From positions 51,522,001 to 51,586,000 of the forward strand of contig NC_043014.1 of the NCBI RefSeq assembly GCF_006345805.1: a stretch of 64,000 nt of DNA, in the 5' to 3' direction. The position numbers and the translations under genes are program-made. This stretch comes from Octopus sinensis. Its lineage: Eukaryota. The notes beneath the pieces were generated by a model that had not been told where the DNA came from, searched no databases, and saw only the letters and a list, made by a program, of their open reading frames with translations. Below are positions 1 through 13,779 of the stretch, piece by piece (within the stretch, counting starts at the first letter, position 1; each line of letters begins with the position of its first letter).

Positions 1-466
1 AGACTTAATATTTCAAATCCTCGAAATCTCAGATTTTAAGGGGTTGTACTTTTTCAACTTTGCATCTGCTTGCTTTAGAATCCTAATTTTAACTTGAGAT
101 GAAGAATCAATCAGTATGCAAATTCGATTTCTCTTGTCTATTACCGCAATATCGCGCCTAAAATGTTTCGTCTTTTGACGGATCAATTAATATGTAAATA
201 AGATTTTTGCTTGTCTCTTACTGTATCACAGTATATTCCAATGGAAACATAAAACAAAACAAAGGATGAAGAGCAAAAAATACCAATTATCATTTCCTTT
301 TAAGCAACACACTTACTTCACAGTAATTCGACATGACAGGAAGCTTTAGGCGTTCATATGTGATAGCAACTGGGTTGGACGAGAAATGCCCAGCAAGGAG
401 AAAACTTGACGATGCAATTCGTGTATTTTTTATGTGTTTTCAACAATATTTAGCTGAAAGGAAATA

Positions 467-488
467 TATATGTATGACTGCGTGTGTG

Positions 489-567
<79 letters not shown>

Positions 568-602
568 GTGTGTGTGTGTGTATATATGTATGTGTGTGTA
601 TA

Positions 603-661
<59 letters not shown>

Positions 662-774
662 ATATATATGTGTGTGTGTGTATTATATATGTGTGTGTGT
701 GTATATATATGTGTGTGTGTGATATATATGTGTGTGTATGTGTGTGTATATATGTGTGTGTGTGTTTATATATA

Positions 775-835
<61 letters not shown>

Positions 836-846
836 GTGTGTGTGTG

Positions 847-883
<37 letters not shown>

Positions 884-1013
884 ATATAAATATGTGTGTG
901 TATATATACATATATGCAGTTATTCATATACAAATGTGTGCACATCTCAGCCTCTCTATCTATCTATATATGAAAATACATATAAATATATATACATACA
1001 TACACACACACAT

Positions 1014-1053
<40 letters not shown>
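467..1053. repeat. Compound (TA)n/(TG)n microsatellite
   Basis: Alternating TA and TG runs; source of the YI/CV/HT ORFs. Confidence 0.97.
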
Positions 1054-1056
<3 letters not shown>

Positions 1057-1116
1057 TTGTATATGTGTTGTGTTATTGTGCGTGTATATGTGAGTCTTAG
1101 TGTAAGCATGTATGTA

Positions 1117-1501
1117 TCTCTCTCTATATAAACGGCAGTTTGTCTCTGTGTGTTTCTGTGTGTCTGTTTGCTTGTACCCTCACTCTGACCACGGCTTTCA
1201 ACCGATTCTGATGAAACTTGACACACACATAGCCCAATGTCATAATTCAAAACTAACGCAGCGAAAATTTTGAAAAGTTCCCCCAGTTCTGAAAAAGATC
1301 GATAAATTCGACATGGGGTCGACAATCAGAAACACAAACCACAGATGGTCATGGGGACGCAACTCGATCTTTTTAACAATCAAAAAATATTTACCATCAT
1401 TTTTTTCCCCATTTTTTTGCTATTTTTTGGCTATAACTCTCTAAAAATGCTTTATAGTTATTTCCCTTACAAACCCGAGCAACGCCGGGCGATACTGCTA
1501 G
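1117..1501 (+). mobile_element. Non-autonomous Helitron
   Basis: Starts TC after host A (1116) and ends CTAG (1498-1501) before host T. Subterminal hairpin CCCGAGCAACGCCGGG at 1474-1489. No TSD. Confidence 0.85.
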
Positions 1502-1533
1502 TATATATATATAAGTATGTATGAATTCATGTT

Positions 1534-1572
<39 letters not shown>

Positions 1573-1999
1573 ATGAATTCATGTTTGTGTATATATATAT
1601 ATATGTGTGTGTGTATGTATATGAATTGATTGTATAGATTTAGGTGTTGGGAAATATTTCCAAAAGCATGAAAGGAATTTATGTTACAATGTCTTCAAAA
1701 TTATGTTTTAAATAAAAAAAAATATACAGTTTCTATGTACTTATTTCTTGGTATTGAATTTGGAGGAGAATATTCGCATAATTGTAGTGTCTTGAATATG
1801 GCGTACAAGTGCATTAGAAGCAGAGCGCTGTATCTAATGTTTGTGACACACAGACACACACACACAATAACATATGTTTTTGTATATACAAACTCAGATA
1901 TAGACTATGCATACATACATCATTGCCCATGTTTCTTTCTCTCTCTCTCTGTCACTCTCTGTCTCTATCTATCTATTTTATATATATATATGCATGTAT

Positions 2000-2074
<75 letters not shown>

Positions 2075-2665
2075 ATGTTTCTGTCTCCATGTGACCATTA
2101 CAGTACTATACTTCCAAAGTACTTATCTACAGTTTCTTAAGACACTTATAATACCGGAATAATTCTACTCTAAATCGAAAATAGCGAAATAAGTACATGG
2201 AATTTATAAATTGTGAAAATATATTTTACAATAGGTTCTTTGAAAAGAAACGCTTATAAATTTCTTGTAAAAGTACCAAGAACCTGACGTAAATATTCAA
2301 TTCGTATGTATGTATGTGTGTGTGGCGTGGTTGAGTATGTTGTACTTTTGTATGTATGTATGTATATAATTAGTCTTCCCTCAGTTCGTTCATATTGCTA
2401 AACTTATCAAAATGCATCAGGTCCATATTTATGAGTTTGCTCCTATTTTAGCAATAGCTTGAAATATTTCAGCGATAGACAAGAAATAGCGAAGCAGCAA
2501 AAATGTATTTGTAACTGTAAGGGTAGGATTTCTGTCCTCTAATCCTCCTGAAAGAGAAGCGCTAAAGAAGAGATACACAGGCTCACAAATTTAAGCCCAT
2601 GGGGCCTTCAAATTTGATCATCACAAGTCGCCTGTTCTCGTCGTTCACTTTGAAGACTGGCGTCC

Positions 2666-2758
2666 CACTGTCCCTCGGGCAAAGGCCTCTTTTCAATACA
2701 TTACATGGCCAGCATTTTCACTGTCCCTCGGGCAACGGCCTCTTTTCAATACACTACA
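2666..2758. repeat. 40-bp direct duplication (period 53)
   Basis: CACTGTCCCTCGGGCAA(A/C)GGCCTCTTTTCAATACA(T/C)TACA at 2666-2705 and 2719-2758. Confidence 0.9.
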
Positions 2759-3152
2759 GGGTCAAAATGTTCAAAAGAATGTAGGGAAAATTAGAGGCAA
2801 ACTGAGACCCAACCTAGCCCTTACGACTTCTCATGCTGCCTCTGCAATTGTGTCTGGTTGTCTTGAAATGGAAATGAACGTTCGAGCAACAGAGGAGTAC
2901 CTGCTCCTGCGTAAATCTACCGTAGCAAAACCTACCCAAGAATATGACCTCAGATGACTCATTGTATATAGTACAAGAATTTACTGAATTCCAACGTTCT
3001 CATAACAAAACATTTACTGATATTTTTTTGTTTTAATTCATCTTTGTCTATACGAACAACAGAAATAGAGGGAGCAATACAATACTTGAGCTTAGTTGTT
3101 TTGCTTACACAAACTCACACTCCATCGAGCTGATCAATGAACATAAATTAAC

Positions 3153-3322
3153 TGCCACTCCATTGCTAACGACGACGATGGCTCCAGCTGAACCGATCAA
3201 ACGACTCGTAAATTAACGCGTCAGCGGCTTATCACTCCAGGCATGCGTTCCCTTAACTCAGTTCGACTAAAGGTGGTGCTCCAGCTTGGCCGCAGTCAAA
3301 TGACTGAAACAAATATAAGAAT
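3153..3322. mobile_element. Adjacent SINE fragments (group C tail on -, family A tail on +)
   Basis: 3153-3258 reverse-complements to the tail seen at 60700-60780; about 3260-3322 matches the family A tail GGTGCTCCAGC..GCCGCAGTCAAATGACTGAAAC. Confidence 0.7.
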
Positions 3323-4228
3323 CAAATTATTAAAAATAATCCTACTAAAGTTGCTGAGCGCCTTTTTCTTTCGTTTGTTCACTCACATGAATATATTATT
3401 TGGTTCGAGTCTTGCATTTCTGAATTTCGATTTTAGTGAGAGAGGGTAGTTTGACAAAATACATTTGGAGTCCTACCTTATTAATCATAACTTTCTTGAT
3501 GATCCCCTGCAGCCTCAGTTGCAACACAAAGTAGGAAGAGACGATAAGACTAAAATAATATGTATAATTAATGTTCACTATAGAAGCGAGTACTCAATAT
3601 CCCAACACTCCACACTACACTTGTATTCATATATCCGCCTAGACGAGTAGGAGTGTTATAAGATTTCCGATGTGCAATTTGGGAGACAAAAAATAGAGAA
3701 GGTGAAAATGAGAAATAATGCGTCTGTTTCCGTGTGCTAATTTTCTCAAATATGATTATTACGTGTCAAATTCAATATATTATTCTCTAAGGAATAATGT
3801 TTATAAAAAAAAAGAAGAATTGAACTGCAGACAGTAAAAATGAGATAAAGAGAACGAAACGATGGATTGATCATATGCGGGGGGAGAGAAAGAAAAAGAA
3901 CTAGTCGTAGGGGCGAATATAAAACAAGAAGATAGGGAGAGATGGAATCGTTTCTATATTTTTTTTGTCATAATACCATTGTTTTATAGTGCCAAATCCG
4001 CAATAAAATATTGTTAATTGTTTTGCTGCTGTCTCCATACAGATGATAATGTGGTTTGGAGATAATCTGGAGGCTGCAAGGTGGAGAATCTATTGCAAAT
4101 TTAAACACCTATCTCAATATTAGGTTATAAAACTGGCGCCTTTCACACTTAACGATTTATTATTGTTGCTGTTATTGTTACTTTCATTGCCCTAACTACA
4201 ATTATTATCATCATCATCATCATCATCA

Positions 4229-4269
<41 letters not shown>

Positions 4270-4970
4270 TATTATTATTATTATCTTCTGGCTTTAATAT
4301 TCAATATTAAAAATGCTTATATTTTGATTTATTTGTTGTATATTTAATCAGTCTCTATTTCTCTCTCGTTCTCTCAGATACATAAAAATGAGAACATATA
4401 TATATATATATACACACTCATATGTGTAGGTATTATTCTCGAACAAATATATTATTGACGCCGATGGCTTAGGTGCCCGAAATTTCGAGCTTACAGTCAA
4501 TAATTTAAATATATAAAAAATTGTATTCTACAAACTATTGAGCAACACACACACACACACACATACATACACACACAAAACACTTACAAACACACACACG
4601 CATAGGCACACACATCTATCTATCCGTCTATCTATCTATCTGTCTAAGTAAATATATATTATTTTCCGTGTTAATTGTTAACAAGGTAAAATACACTCAT
4701 CTATATATATAATCTGTGTGTATATATGGATACATACTCTCAAGTGTTCGTGTGTGGACTTTGCAGTGTGCGTTTGTGTGTACTTGTATGTTTTAGTCGT
4801 GTGTGCTCGTGTTTATGTTGAATTTATCACTATTGCAGTACACAGCGTGTAGTAAATTAAACAGAATCCAACACACAGAAAGAGTGCGTTGAAATGTCTT
4901 GTCTGAATAATTCAGCAAACGAACAGACACAAATATGCCTAAGTATATATGCGTAGGTAGGCGTATTGAT

Positions 4971-5029
<59 letters not shown>

Positions 5030-5659
5030 TGTATATCTGAAGGCATGGATTCCAATACTAATTTTAAAGTTTGGCTCATATATATTTACAGAACTGTGTG
5101 TATGTGTCTGTGTGTTACAACATAGACAACGATTATATTCACGAGCTTTTTACGTTGTCTGTGATATTGTTCTTTAATTTAGCTTTAGACTCACTGCCTC
5201 TACGATTGGCATACACTTTAATCCCCAAAACGGATATGATCATGTGAGACTTGAGTTTAATTTTACAGAGGAATTGTTCCAACTTTTCATACTGTAACTT
5301 CCGGGAAAATATTTTAAAAATTAATAAATGCACCTGCATGCACGCTTTTTGAAGGATATATTTATAATAATAAGTTAAACAAACTATTATCCATTTAAGA
5401 CCTCAACGAACTATCCGGGACTTAGTATGGACTACATATAATGGGGAAGAGTGAATGCTATATAGAGAAAAAAAGACACTGCTTGAATCACAAGGGAAAT
5501 TTTAGATGAAAGACCCGAATATCTGGAATAGATTAATATGGTCAATAATAAATAGGGTGCTGTATAGAATATTTATGTCTATATTTTGAAGGTACGTGCC
5601 CCCAGTGGCAATTCCTCCTAAATTGAACGCCTCTCCGTTGTAGGTTTATCTATTTGCAG

Positions 5660-5770
5660 CCAGGTCGCTGGGTCGTGGTCTTGAATTCCTGAGGGGGCAT
5701 GTGTTATGTTCTTGAGCAAAACATCTCCTTTCACATAGATCCACTCAACCTAGTTGCAAATAAATAAATG
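5660..5770 (+). mobile_element. Degenerate SINE group C fragment
   Basis: GTGTTATGTTCTTGAGCAAAACAT core shared with the 63664 and 63856 copies. Confidence 0.55.
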
Positions 5771-6312
5771 GAGTGGCGTTCAGCTTAGGAGGAGTGTGAG
5801 TCTACCCGTTCAGTAAGCGGGGTGGTATCATTCGGAAGCTACAACAAAGGTAAGACACCACACTACCACCAGCGTGTACAAAAAACATCCGATTGCCTCG
5901 TCGATACAAATTTGTCTCTATTGACCGTCAACAATGTAACGACTCCGTTTTTACACAGGTATATCGATGGTGGTTCTATGGTCATAAGATAGAAACCAGT
6001 TGCTTCGTTACCAATGACGTTGCGACGGAGATTTCAAATATATTTTTCACCACAGAGATATCTGCGTACATACCTATGGATATAATTTATAATTCATAAA
6101 TGTGCTTCACTGAAGAAAATCTTTTTAGGTTATATTTAATCTAAGTGGAATGTTATATAGCATATAATTCATCGTTAAAACTATTCCTTTTATCTTCTTA
6201 AGTTCTTTAAATAAAAAGAAAAAAAAACGAAATTTGAAATTCGTATTTTATTTCTTTATTATCTTTCATATTAAAGAAAAAAAACAACAACACAAACGTA
6301 CTATTTCGAAAT

Positions 6313-6344
<32 letters not shown>

Positions 6345-6348
6345 CTAT

Positions 6349-6410
<62 letters not shown>

Positions 6411-6432
6411 TTACTACTACTAATAATAATAA
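6313..6432. repeat. (TAG)n switching to (CTA)n microsatellite
   Basis: Strand switch at AGTACT 6341-6346. Confidence 0.95.
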
Positions 6433-7244
6433 TGAATGATATGAAATAAAACAGCCTGTTTTATTCTATACCTAGATTTCAATGAACTTCAAGAATCGTT
6501 TTTATAAAACTCGTCATCTGTTTTGGCTTTTTTCCGTTCTTTTTAAAATTTCAAAGATACTCTTAATATAAGTATCTCATAAATAAGAGTGAAAACAGTA
6601 AAACTGTGCTTTGATTTACTAAAAAAAAAATAGAAAAAAAAAACTATAATAAAACACTTCTCATATGTCGATTGTGAATACAAAGAACAAGAACACTATT
6701 TCAAGTTACATTTTCTTATTCTTGATATTTCAACGTTCACTTAACAAAGTCAAACATATGGCAGTAAAAACATGAAAATGTTATTCGTTGTTTGATTTTA
6801 TCTATGTATTTATTGCATATATATTTTTTTATTATTTGTTTTATGAGGTTTATATTTTTCCAAGTTATTAATTAAGAGTAGGAAAATATAAATAGTTGTG
6901 CAACGGTTAGGAGTCAGGAAGCTGTTTTTAAGTGATGCTTATAGCTATATGACCGCGAAAGTCTCATGTTGTTTATATACATATACATATATGTGTATGT
7001 GTGGGGGGGTGTTTGTGTATATGCATATATGTGTGTATATATATATATGCATATGTGCATATGTATATATATATGTGTGTGTATATGTATTTATATGCAT
7101 GCATTTGTATACACATATGTGTGTGTATGCGTGCGTGTATATATATATATATACATATGTCTATATACAGATATGTATATAGGCATCTATATATTTGTAT
7201 ATTTGCGTGTATATATATATATATGTATGTATGTATGTATGAAT

Positions 7245-7432
7245 TCACCAGAGTAAGCATATAAAAGCGAAACAAGGTGGAAAAATAGTTCTCGAATACC
7301 AGAGGTAGAGTAACATGCTTTATTAGGAAGTAGCAAAGATATCACAAAAGCTGTTACTCAGTTTGTCAGACGTACGGAAACGCGAAACTCTGAGAAGCTA
7401 TTTGTGTGATATTTTAGCTGCTTTTCAATAAA

Positions 7433-7435
<3 letters not shown>
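7245..7435. mobile_element. Partly inverted short repeat, Penelope-like (pLTR-type) candidate
   Basis: Imperfect inverted arms about 7315-7361 / 7390-7435; related to 23030-23150; degenerate hammerhead-like core 7367-7390; flanked by TA-rich microsatellites. Confidence 0.5.
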
Positions 7436-7471
<36 letters not shown>

Positions 7472-8269
7472 TATTTATTTATATATGTACAGAAAACTTT
7501 TATAAGTAAAAATTTTGCAAATTTTAAAGGCTAATAACTTTTTAATTATGGATTTTTTAGGAAAATGAATTTAATTTTCATAATTACCATACAAAACTTA
7601 ATCCATGTATCAAATTAGAAAACAATTAGAATATAATTGTAGAAAGCGACGATAACCACAAAGATCGACTAAATATATGAAAGGTTTATAAATCGGTGTA
7701 TGCGAAAGCGCTACGCCGCTAAACATAGTAGCTATTTAAACTCTGTGTTAGAGGATGGTTAATGGTTTAGATGTGGTGTCGAAGAAGGAGCAAGAACTCT
7801 AGATATATGCATATATACATCCACCATCTACTTTTCTATATTCGATCACATTGCTTACATAGGCGTATTCGTAAACGAAACCTCCTACATTTCAATGCTC
7901 AAGATTCTATTCAATATGTATAGAGATAACTCGAAAGTGCTGAGCTATTGGTTCACTTGGCTAAGGATTCTTACATCTCGCCCGCATTGTGGTACTCACA
8001 TTAAAAGTACCTTTGAACTCAGTCAGCAAAAGAACTGGAAGAAATGGAGTAAGGAATTTTATCTGTCCTTCTAACAAATCAACCAATTACTCGTACAAAT
8101 TCAATTACAATTTATAAAGATATTAATCAAAATGTCAATCAAACAGATAAATTAATTACTGCATAACTTTTGCTTGTCTCAAGGCAGTGGCTCATGACGG
8201 GGTGCCACCTTCATTAATGAGACAAGTTTGAAATGAATAGACACCAAATTATTTGTCTTACGCCTTCAT

Positions 8270-8359
8270 ATTGTATCAGTCTTTTATGCCGAACCGCTAG
8301 TTTACGAGGAATTAAACACCCCAGCACTGTTGCTGGGTTACAAACACACACGCACACAC

Positions 8360-8432
<73 letters not shown>

Positions 8433-8612
8433 GGGCTTATTTCAGTTTCCGGATGCCAGATTCATTTACAAGACATTGGTCGACAAAAGCCTATAGCGAA
8501 GACACAAGCCTTTAGAGAACGCCACTTGCCTATAGTAAAGATACTTGCCCAAGGGTTCAGGCACTGGAACCATGTGGTGGTGGTGAAGCGAACTTACCAC
8601 AAGCCATACCTG
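8270..8612 (-). mobile_element. Degenerate SINE family A
   Basis: Reverse complement of family A motifs (GCCGAACCGCTA, TTTCAGTTTCC, ACTTGCCCAAGG, ACTTACCACA). Confidence 0.75.
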
Positions 8613-8989
8613 TGCCTTTGTCATCTTTCGTCATACCATATGCACTATGGTATGAGTGCAAGGTCCCCGTTACCAGACATAAGGCAGGCAACATTATACA
8701 TTACACTAACTCAATAATGATGGTAGATGGTTGTGATTGAAGTGCTATGACTTTCCATAAAAACACTGTGCACAAAGAACAGTATTGTAAATCTAGATGG
8801 TCGCAATATGGCAATCATTTTGATGTATAGTGCCGTTAAATGTCTGGACCAGATATGAATCTAGATGAGAATTTAATTGAGTAAAGAATATTAATGTAAT
8901 CATTTCTACAAATTTTGGGGAGAATATATCAGGTTCACACGCAAATGAAATAAGCCATGGATTGTACGTAGATTAGGGATTGTATTGTT

Positions 8990-9038
<49 letters not shown>

Positions 9039-9309
9039 CATATATGTTTGTACGTATGTATATGTATATATAGCACAAACATGAATATAAACCATATGTT
9101 AAAAAAGTGCCACTTGCAACCGATTAGATACGCGCGGGCGCAAATATATTCACGCGCAGACGCACACATCAGCATATATATATATCACCTACATACATGG
9201 GAGTGGAGTAGGCGCCGTAAACCTTCGCCTCATCTCTCACTCAGAATATTAGAATATTGTTACTGCAGGTATCTTGATACGAAAGAGTAAAAGTCGGATA
9301 CAGAAGAAT

Positions 9310-9379
<70 letters not shown>

Positions 9380-9381
<2 letters not shown>

Positions 9382-9755
9382 GTGTGGCTTGTGGTAAGAA
9401 GCTTGCCTCCCAAGCACAAGGTTCCGGTTTCAGTCGCACTCCGTAGCACCATGGGCAAGTGTCTTCTAGTATAGCTTCGGGGCGAGCAAAGATTTGTGAG
9501 TGGATTGGTAGACGGAAACTGAAAGAAGCCTTTCGTATATATATATGCTTGGCTGTGTTTGACCTCCCCCCCCAACTACCATCACCTTGACAACCGATGT
9601 CGGTGTGTTTGCGTCCCCGTAACGTAGCGGCTCGGGAAAAGGACTCGATCGAATAAGTACTACGCTTACAAAGAATAAGCCCTGTGGCCGATTTGCTCGA
9701 CAAAAAGCGGTGCTCCAGCATGTCCGCTACCAAATCACTGAGACAAGTAAGAGAA
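9380..9755 (+). mobile_element. SINE family A, diverged full-length copy
   Basis: tRNA-like head, TGGGCAAGTGTCTTCT core, internal TA run, tail ..GACAAGTAAGAGA. Confidence 0.88.
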
Positions 9756-10448
9756 TATACTTCATTTTGGTATTCACTCCCATTAAGCTCATCTAGGTGT
9801 TTAGGCTACCAGACGGAAGGTAATCTGGGAATTTGCAAATACTGGCACTCTTTCTATAATTATATACTGGTAGAATGGACTGAGGATATACTTTAATTCA
9901 GTGGAAATGATTTACTCACTGTATTTTACTTGCTTATAATTATATGCGTATATGAACGCATCTATGCACATAAACTCAATCATTTTAGACAGAAAAGAGG
10001 ACAAGTCCGACACTCGAGTAGACAGTAGTATTGTATTCATTAATGCATACAGAAGTATATACAAATGTATATGCAATGATTTATATACAATTCTACATAT
10101 ATACATGTACATAAATACATATATACATATACATACATGTATATAGATACACACACACATATATATATACATACACGCACATATATATATATATACATAC
10201 ACGCACATATATATATATACATATACACACGCATATACATCCATATATATACACACAAATATATATACATATATATGTCTGTGTGTGTGTGTGTATATAT
10301 ATATAACATAGATACATATATATATACATAATAATATTACATAATTCAATTTAATCTAATGTAATCATTTTGCTTAATAAGATAGCGCAAAATATAATAG
10401 ACTCTATTAATGAACTATACTATATCTGTAATATGATATAGTACTTAA

Positions 10449-10496
<48 letters not shown>

Positions 10497-12010
10497 GCAA
10501 ACATTGTCAGCCACATGGCTGTTTGTTTATTCGAAGGTCTATCCGACTTTTGGAACGAAGCTAAAACTTTAGCCCGAAACCTGAACGGATTGTTTATCAA
10601 AGGCAAATTATTTGATTGCATCTAAGGAACAAACGTATCGAGGTAGCTGGATTAACTGCAGCACCCAAGGTATATATATATATATAATATATATATATAT
10701 ATATTATATATATATATATATGAAGAGAAAAATATCTTTATCATTTCTCCTCTATATAATAATCGATTAAGCCGATAATATCCTTAGGAAGCCAAGAATA
10801 ACATCGTCCATTTCTCTTGTAAACAAAACCAGATATACGGATAAGTCGACGCCAACCATAATTGTATTTGAATATTTCAACGATCTTCCTTTAGCTGAAG
10901 TCTTATAGTGTCTATATAAAATACTTATATATATATATAATTTGATGGGATATTATTCCTATCTTACAGGGAAAAATTCAATTTAGAAATACTAAACCAA
11001 ATTTCACAATATATACGTTATATATACGTTTTATTTATTATTTTGCACTTTACTTAAACATCGGTGATAAACAGTAATATACCGATGATTAAGTAATATG
11101 CAAAATTCTCCCGATCTGGAGAATTATCAACAGGAAATGAATCATCGCAGAAGAGTGAGACCGCCTCTTCGTGTTTATTTCTTCTCCTAGAATCAACAGT
11201 ATACCAAGGACATCTGTTTTGATGAAAAAGATATCGTATTAGATAAAGTATTCCTCTTTTTCTTTCACATCGTTAAACAAAAAATACGGTAAATCATCTT
11301 GAAGTGTCAAGGTTGGAATGGCTGCGACTTAGAATTGTTGGCCATTTAATATGCACCAAGTTGCGGAGTAGATGTTTATGTAGTCTAAATGTTTTAATCT
11401 TTATCTGCGACTCTATTACGTCATGTTCCATTGAGATTCTCAACGCAATGACCAAGATGGATATTAAAGACATTCAGTGAAACAAACGTAATAAATAACT
11501 GAATATTGAGTAGCAATTCCTGAGACAAGACCTCGTTTTCATATTAGTGAAGAGCATCGAATTTCCTTTTATTTGTCTTTTTCGATTGATGCCTACAATT
11601 TTTTGTTAAAACTTGGGATTGTAGAATAAAATACTTCGAGTGCGTCACTGTCAAAGTCAGTATTATGTGTCTAAAGTTGCGAAATTTCTTCTTAGATAAG
11701 TATGAATTTTGATTCACATTCAGTTCTTACTATCGTCGGATCTTTTTCTCACATTTTAACCGATCTTTAGAATTTTACATTTTAAGGACTTGCTGTAGTT
11801 ATGTGCCTCAATATGCAATCATATCTCGAATTTTGAGTATTTCAGGAGATTAAAGTGATTTGTCTCGTGAGAATTATTTAGGGAGTGTGGATGGGATACA
11901 GTCAGAATATATGACACTTTCCTTTGCCCTTCTTGAGACGCGTGTTTTGGAGGGATTTCTATAAGCTCCTGCTTGAACATCATTCGATACATTTATACAT
12001 TTGAAAAATA

Positions 12011-12409
12011 GGCGCAGGAGTGGCTGTGTGGTAAGTAGCTTGCTAACCAACCACATGGTTCCGGGTTCAGTCCCACTGCGTGGCATTTTGGGCAGGTGTC
12101 TTCTGCTATAGCCCCGGGCCGACCAATGCCTTGTGAGTGGATTTGGTAGACGGAAACTGAAAGAAGCCTGTCGTATATATATATATATATGCGTGTGTGT
12201 ATGTGTTTGTGTGTCTGTCTTTGTCCCCCTAGCATTGCTTGACAACCGATGCTGGTGTGTTTACGTCCCCGTAACTTAGCGGTTCGGCAAAAAGAGACCG
12301 ATAGAATAAGTACTGGGCTTGCAAAGAATAAGTCCCGGGGTCGAGTTGCTCGATTAAAGGCGGTGCTCCAGCATGGCCGCAGTCAAATGACTGAAACAAG
12401 TAAAAGAGT
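12011..12409 (+). mobile_element. tRNA-derived SINE family A (~400 bp)
   Basis: A-box-like TGGCTGTGTGG, B-box-like GGTTCAGTCCC, CORE-like TTGGGCA(A/G)GTGTCTT, internal (TA)n(TG)n, tail GTCAAATGACTGAAACAAGTAAAAGAG; near-identical copies at 23241 and 60918. Confidence 0.93.
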
Positions 12410-13269
12410 ATAGATTTCCATTATGAAACATAAACGTGACACATATACCTCAAATTATTTCGTTCCGCTATTGTTTACAAACAGTTCGGACACACACAAT
12501 TCATCAGAAGGTTTCTGCATCTTTTAACAATACCGTATTTCCTTTCAGCCATTCTTTTTTTCAATCTGTTGTCACACGCAATTGTATATTCACATATTAA
12601 CCCATACAAAGCGACGTCTCTCTTTCACCAGACTTAATATCTAATTGAGAATTACAAACGCTCCAGGCTGTTTTAGACGGATTCAAACGACATTTAAATA
12701 GATTTTTTGTTAAACAATAACTTGTCACAAAGGAATATTCATTTATAGCAACGACTAGAATAAACTTTTATGGTTCGCATCTAATTATTACATATTGTTA
12801 TTCCATATTCCAATCTGTTGTGAGCTTCACTTAACTACTCTTAAGACAGACGTTTTGTCCGTCTTAAGAATATCCAAATGTCCAGCTGTAATTCACATAT
12901 TAAAATACACAGAAAAATAGAATATTGCGTATTCAATTTAGCAGATTTCCTTCGGCCATCGCAGCTCTTAACGATAGAAACATTTTAATAGCAAGATATA
13001 AAATTTGAAGATAGCAATAAACAGCAAATGATAAATTGATGGTTGTTTAACTCCAAGCCACATATGGTCGTTGCAGGCCTATCATGAAACCAATTCTTTT
13101 ATCTGTTAACTGCTTCAATCATTGAACTGAGGCCATGATTAGAAATCGCATGGAAGAATGCGATTCTAATTTACTCTAACGAACCAGTACTTAAATTATT
13201 CTTAAATCTTGCATCAGTTTTCTATTACCGAACGGCTACGTCAGAGGGGACATAAACACACCAACGCTT

Positions 13270-13505
13270 TCCAACGACATGGTTTCGGGTTCGGTCCCCC
13301 TGCGTTCACCTTCGGCATGTGTCTTCTACCAAAGCCTTGCAAGTGGATATGGTGGATGGAAACTGAAAGAAACCGTCGTGTGTGTGTGTGTGTGTGTGTG
13401 TTTGAACCCCACCATTACTTAACAACTGATGTTAGTGTATTTACGTCCTTCGTCGATTTCTTCGACGAAAGGTCGTGCTCCAGCATGGCCTCAGTCAAAT
13501 GACTG
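13270..13505 (+). mobile_element. Degenerate, internally deleted SINE family A
   Basis: GGAAACTGAAAGAA, TG run and GTGCTCCAGCATGGCCTCAGTCAAATGACTG retained. Confidence 0.7.
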
Positions 13506-13630
13506 GAGTCATGTGCAAGTAACAATAAAAAATGTTGTGAAAACACCGAGTCAGTTAATGGCGTTGCTAACCAGACTCGTCGTTGTATCTGTTTATTTTG
13601 ATATAATTCCAGTTAAATTTAGTTAAAGAA

Positions 13631-13779
13631 TTACGGAGATGTACTTGCATAGCAAGTAATTTGATCTGAGATCGTGTGCTGAAACGAAAACAATTGCAGC
13701 GTGGAAGGTGTTTGTAAGCCATTTAAGAAACACACAAAAGCCGTTCGATTCACTTCAACATTTAAGTTTAATTTGTCAA
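13631..13779. mobile_element. 149-bp insertion with 10-bp target-site duplication
   Basis: AGTTAAAGAA at 13621-13630 and 13780-13789. Confidence 0.65.

Noticed and set aside
333-1131. Long YI/CV/HT-rich ORFs here and throughout (e.g. 15650-16645, 20620-21395, 50090-50787)
   Set aside because: Translations of dinucleotide microsatellites, which lack stop codons.
4451-4504. ATTATTGAC..GTCAATAAT hairpin enclosing CCGATGG..CGAAA
   Set aside because: Core lacks A9 and is single-copy here; too degenerate to call a hammerhead.
5941-5964. Second AG|GT juxtaposition (TTTTTACACAG|GTATAT)
   Set aside because: Short pyrimidine tract and weak donor; expected by chance.
11874-12245. Recurring ORF RQASFSFRLPNPLTR (also 9260, 23076, 60860) and MRNWYLFNRPRKDE ORFs
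   Set aside because: Antisense translations of SINE families A and B.
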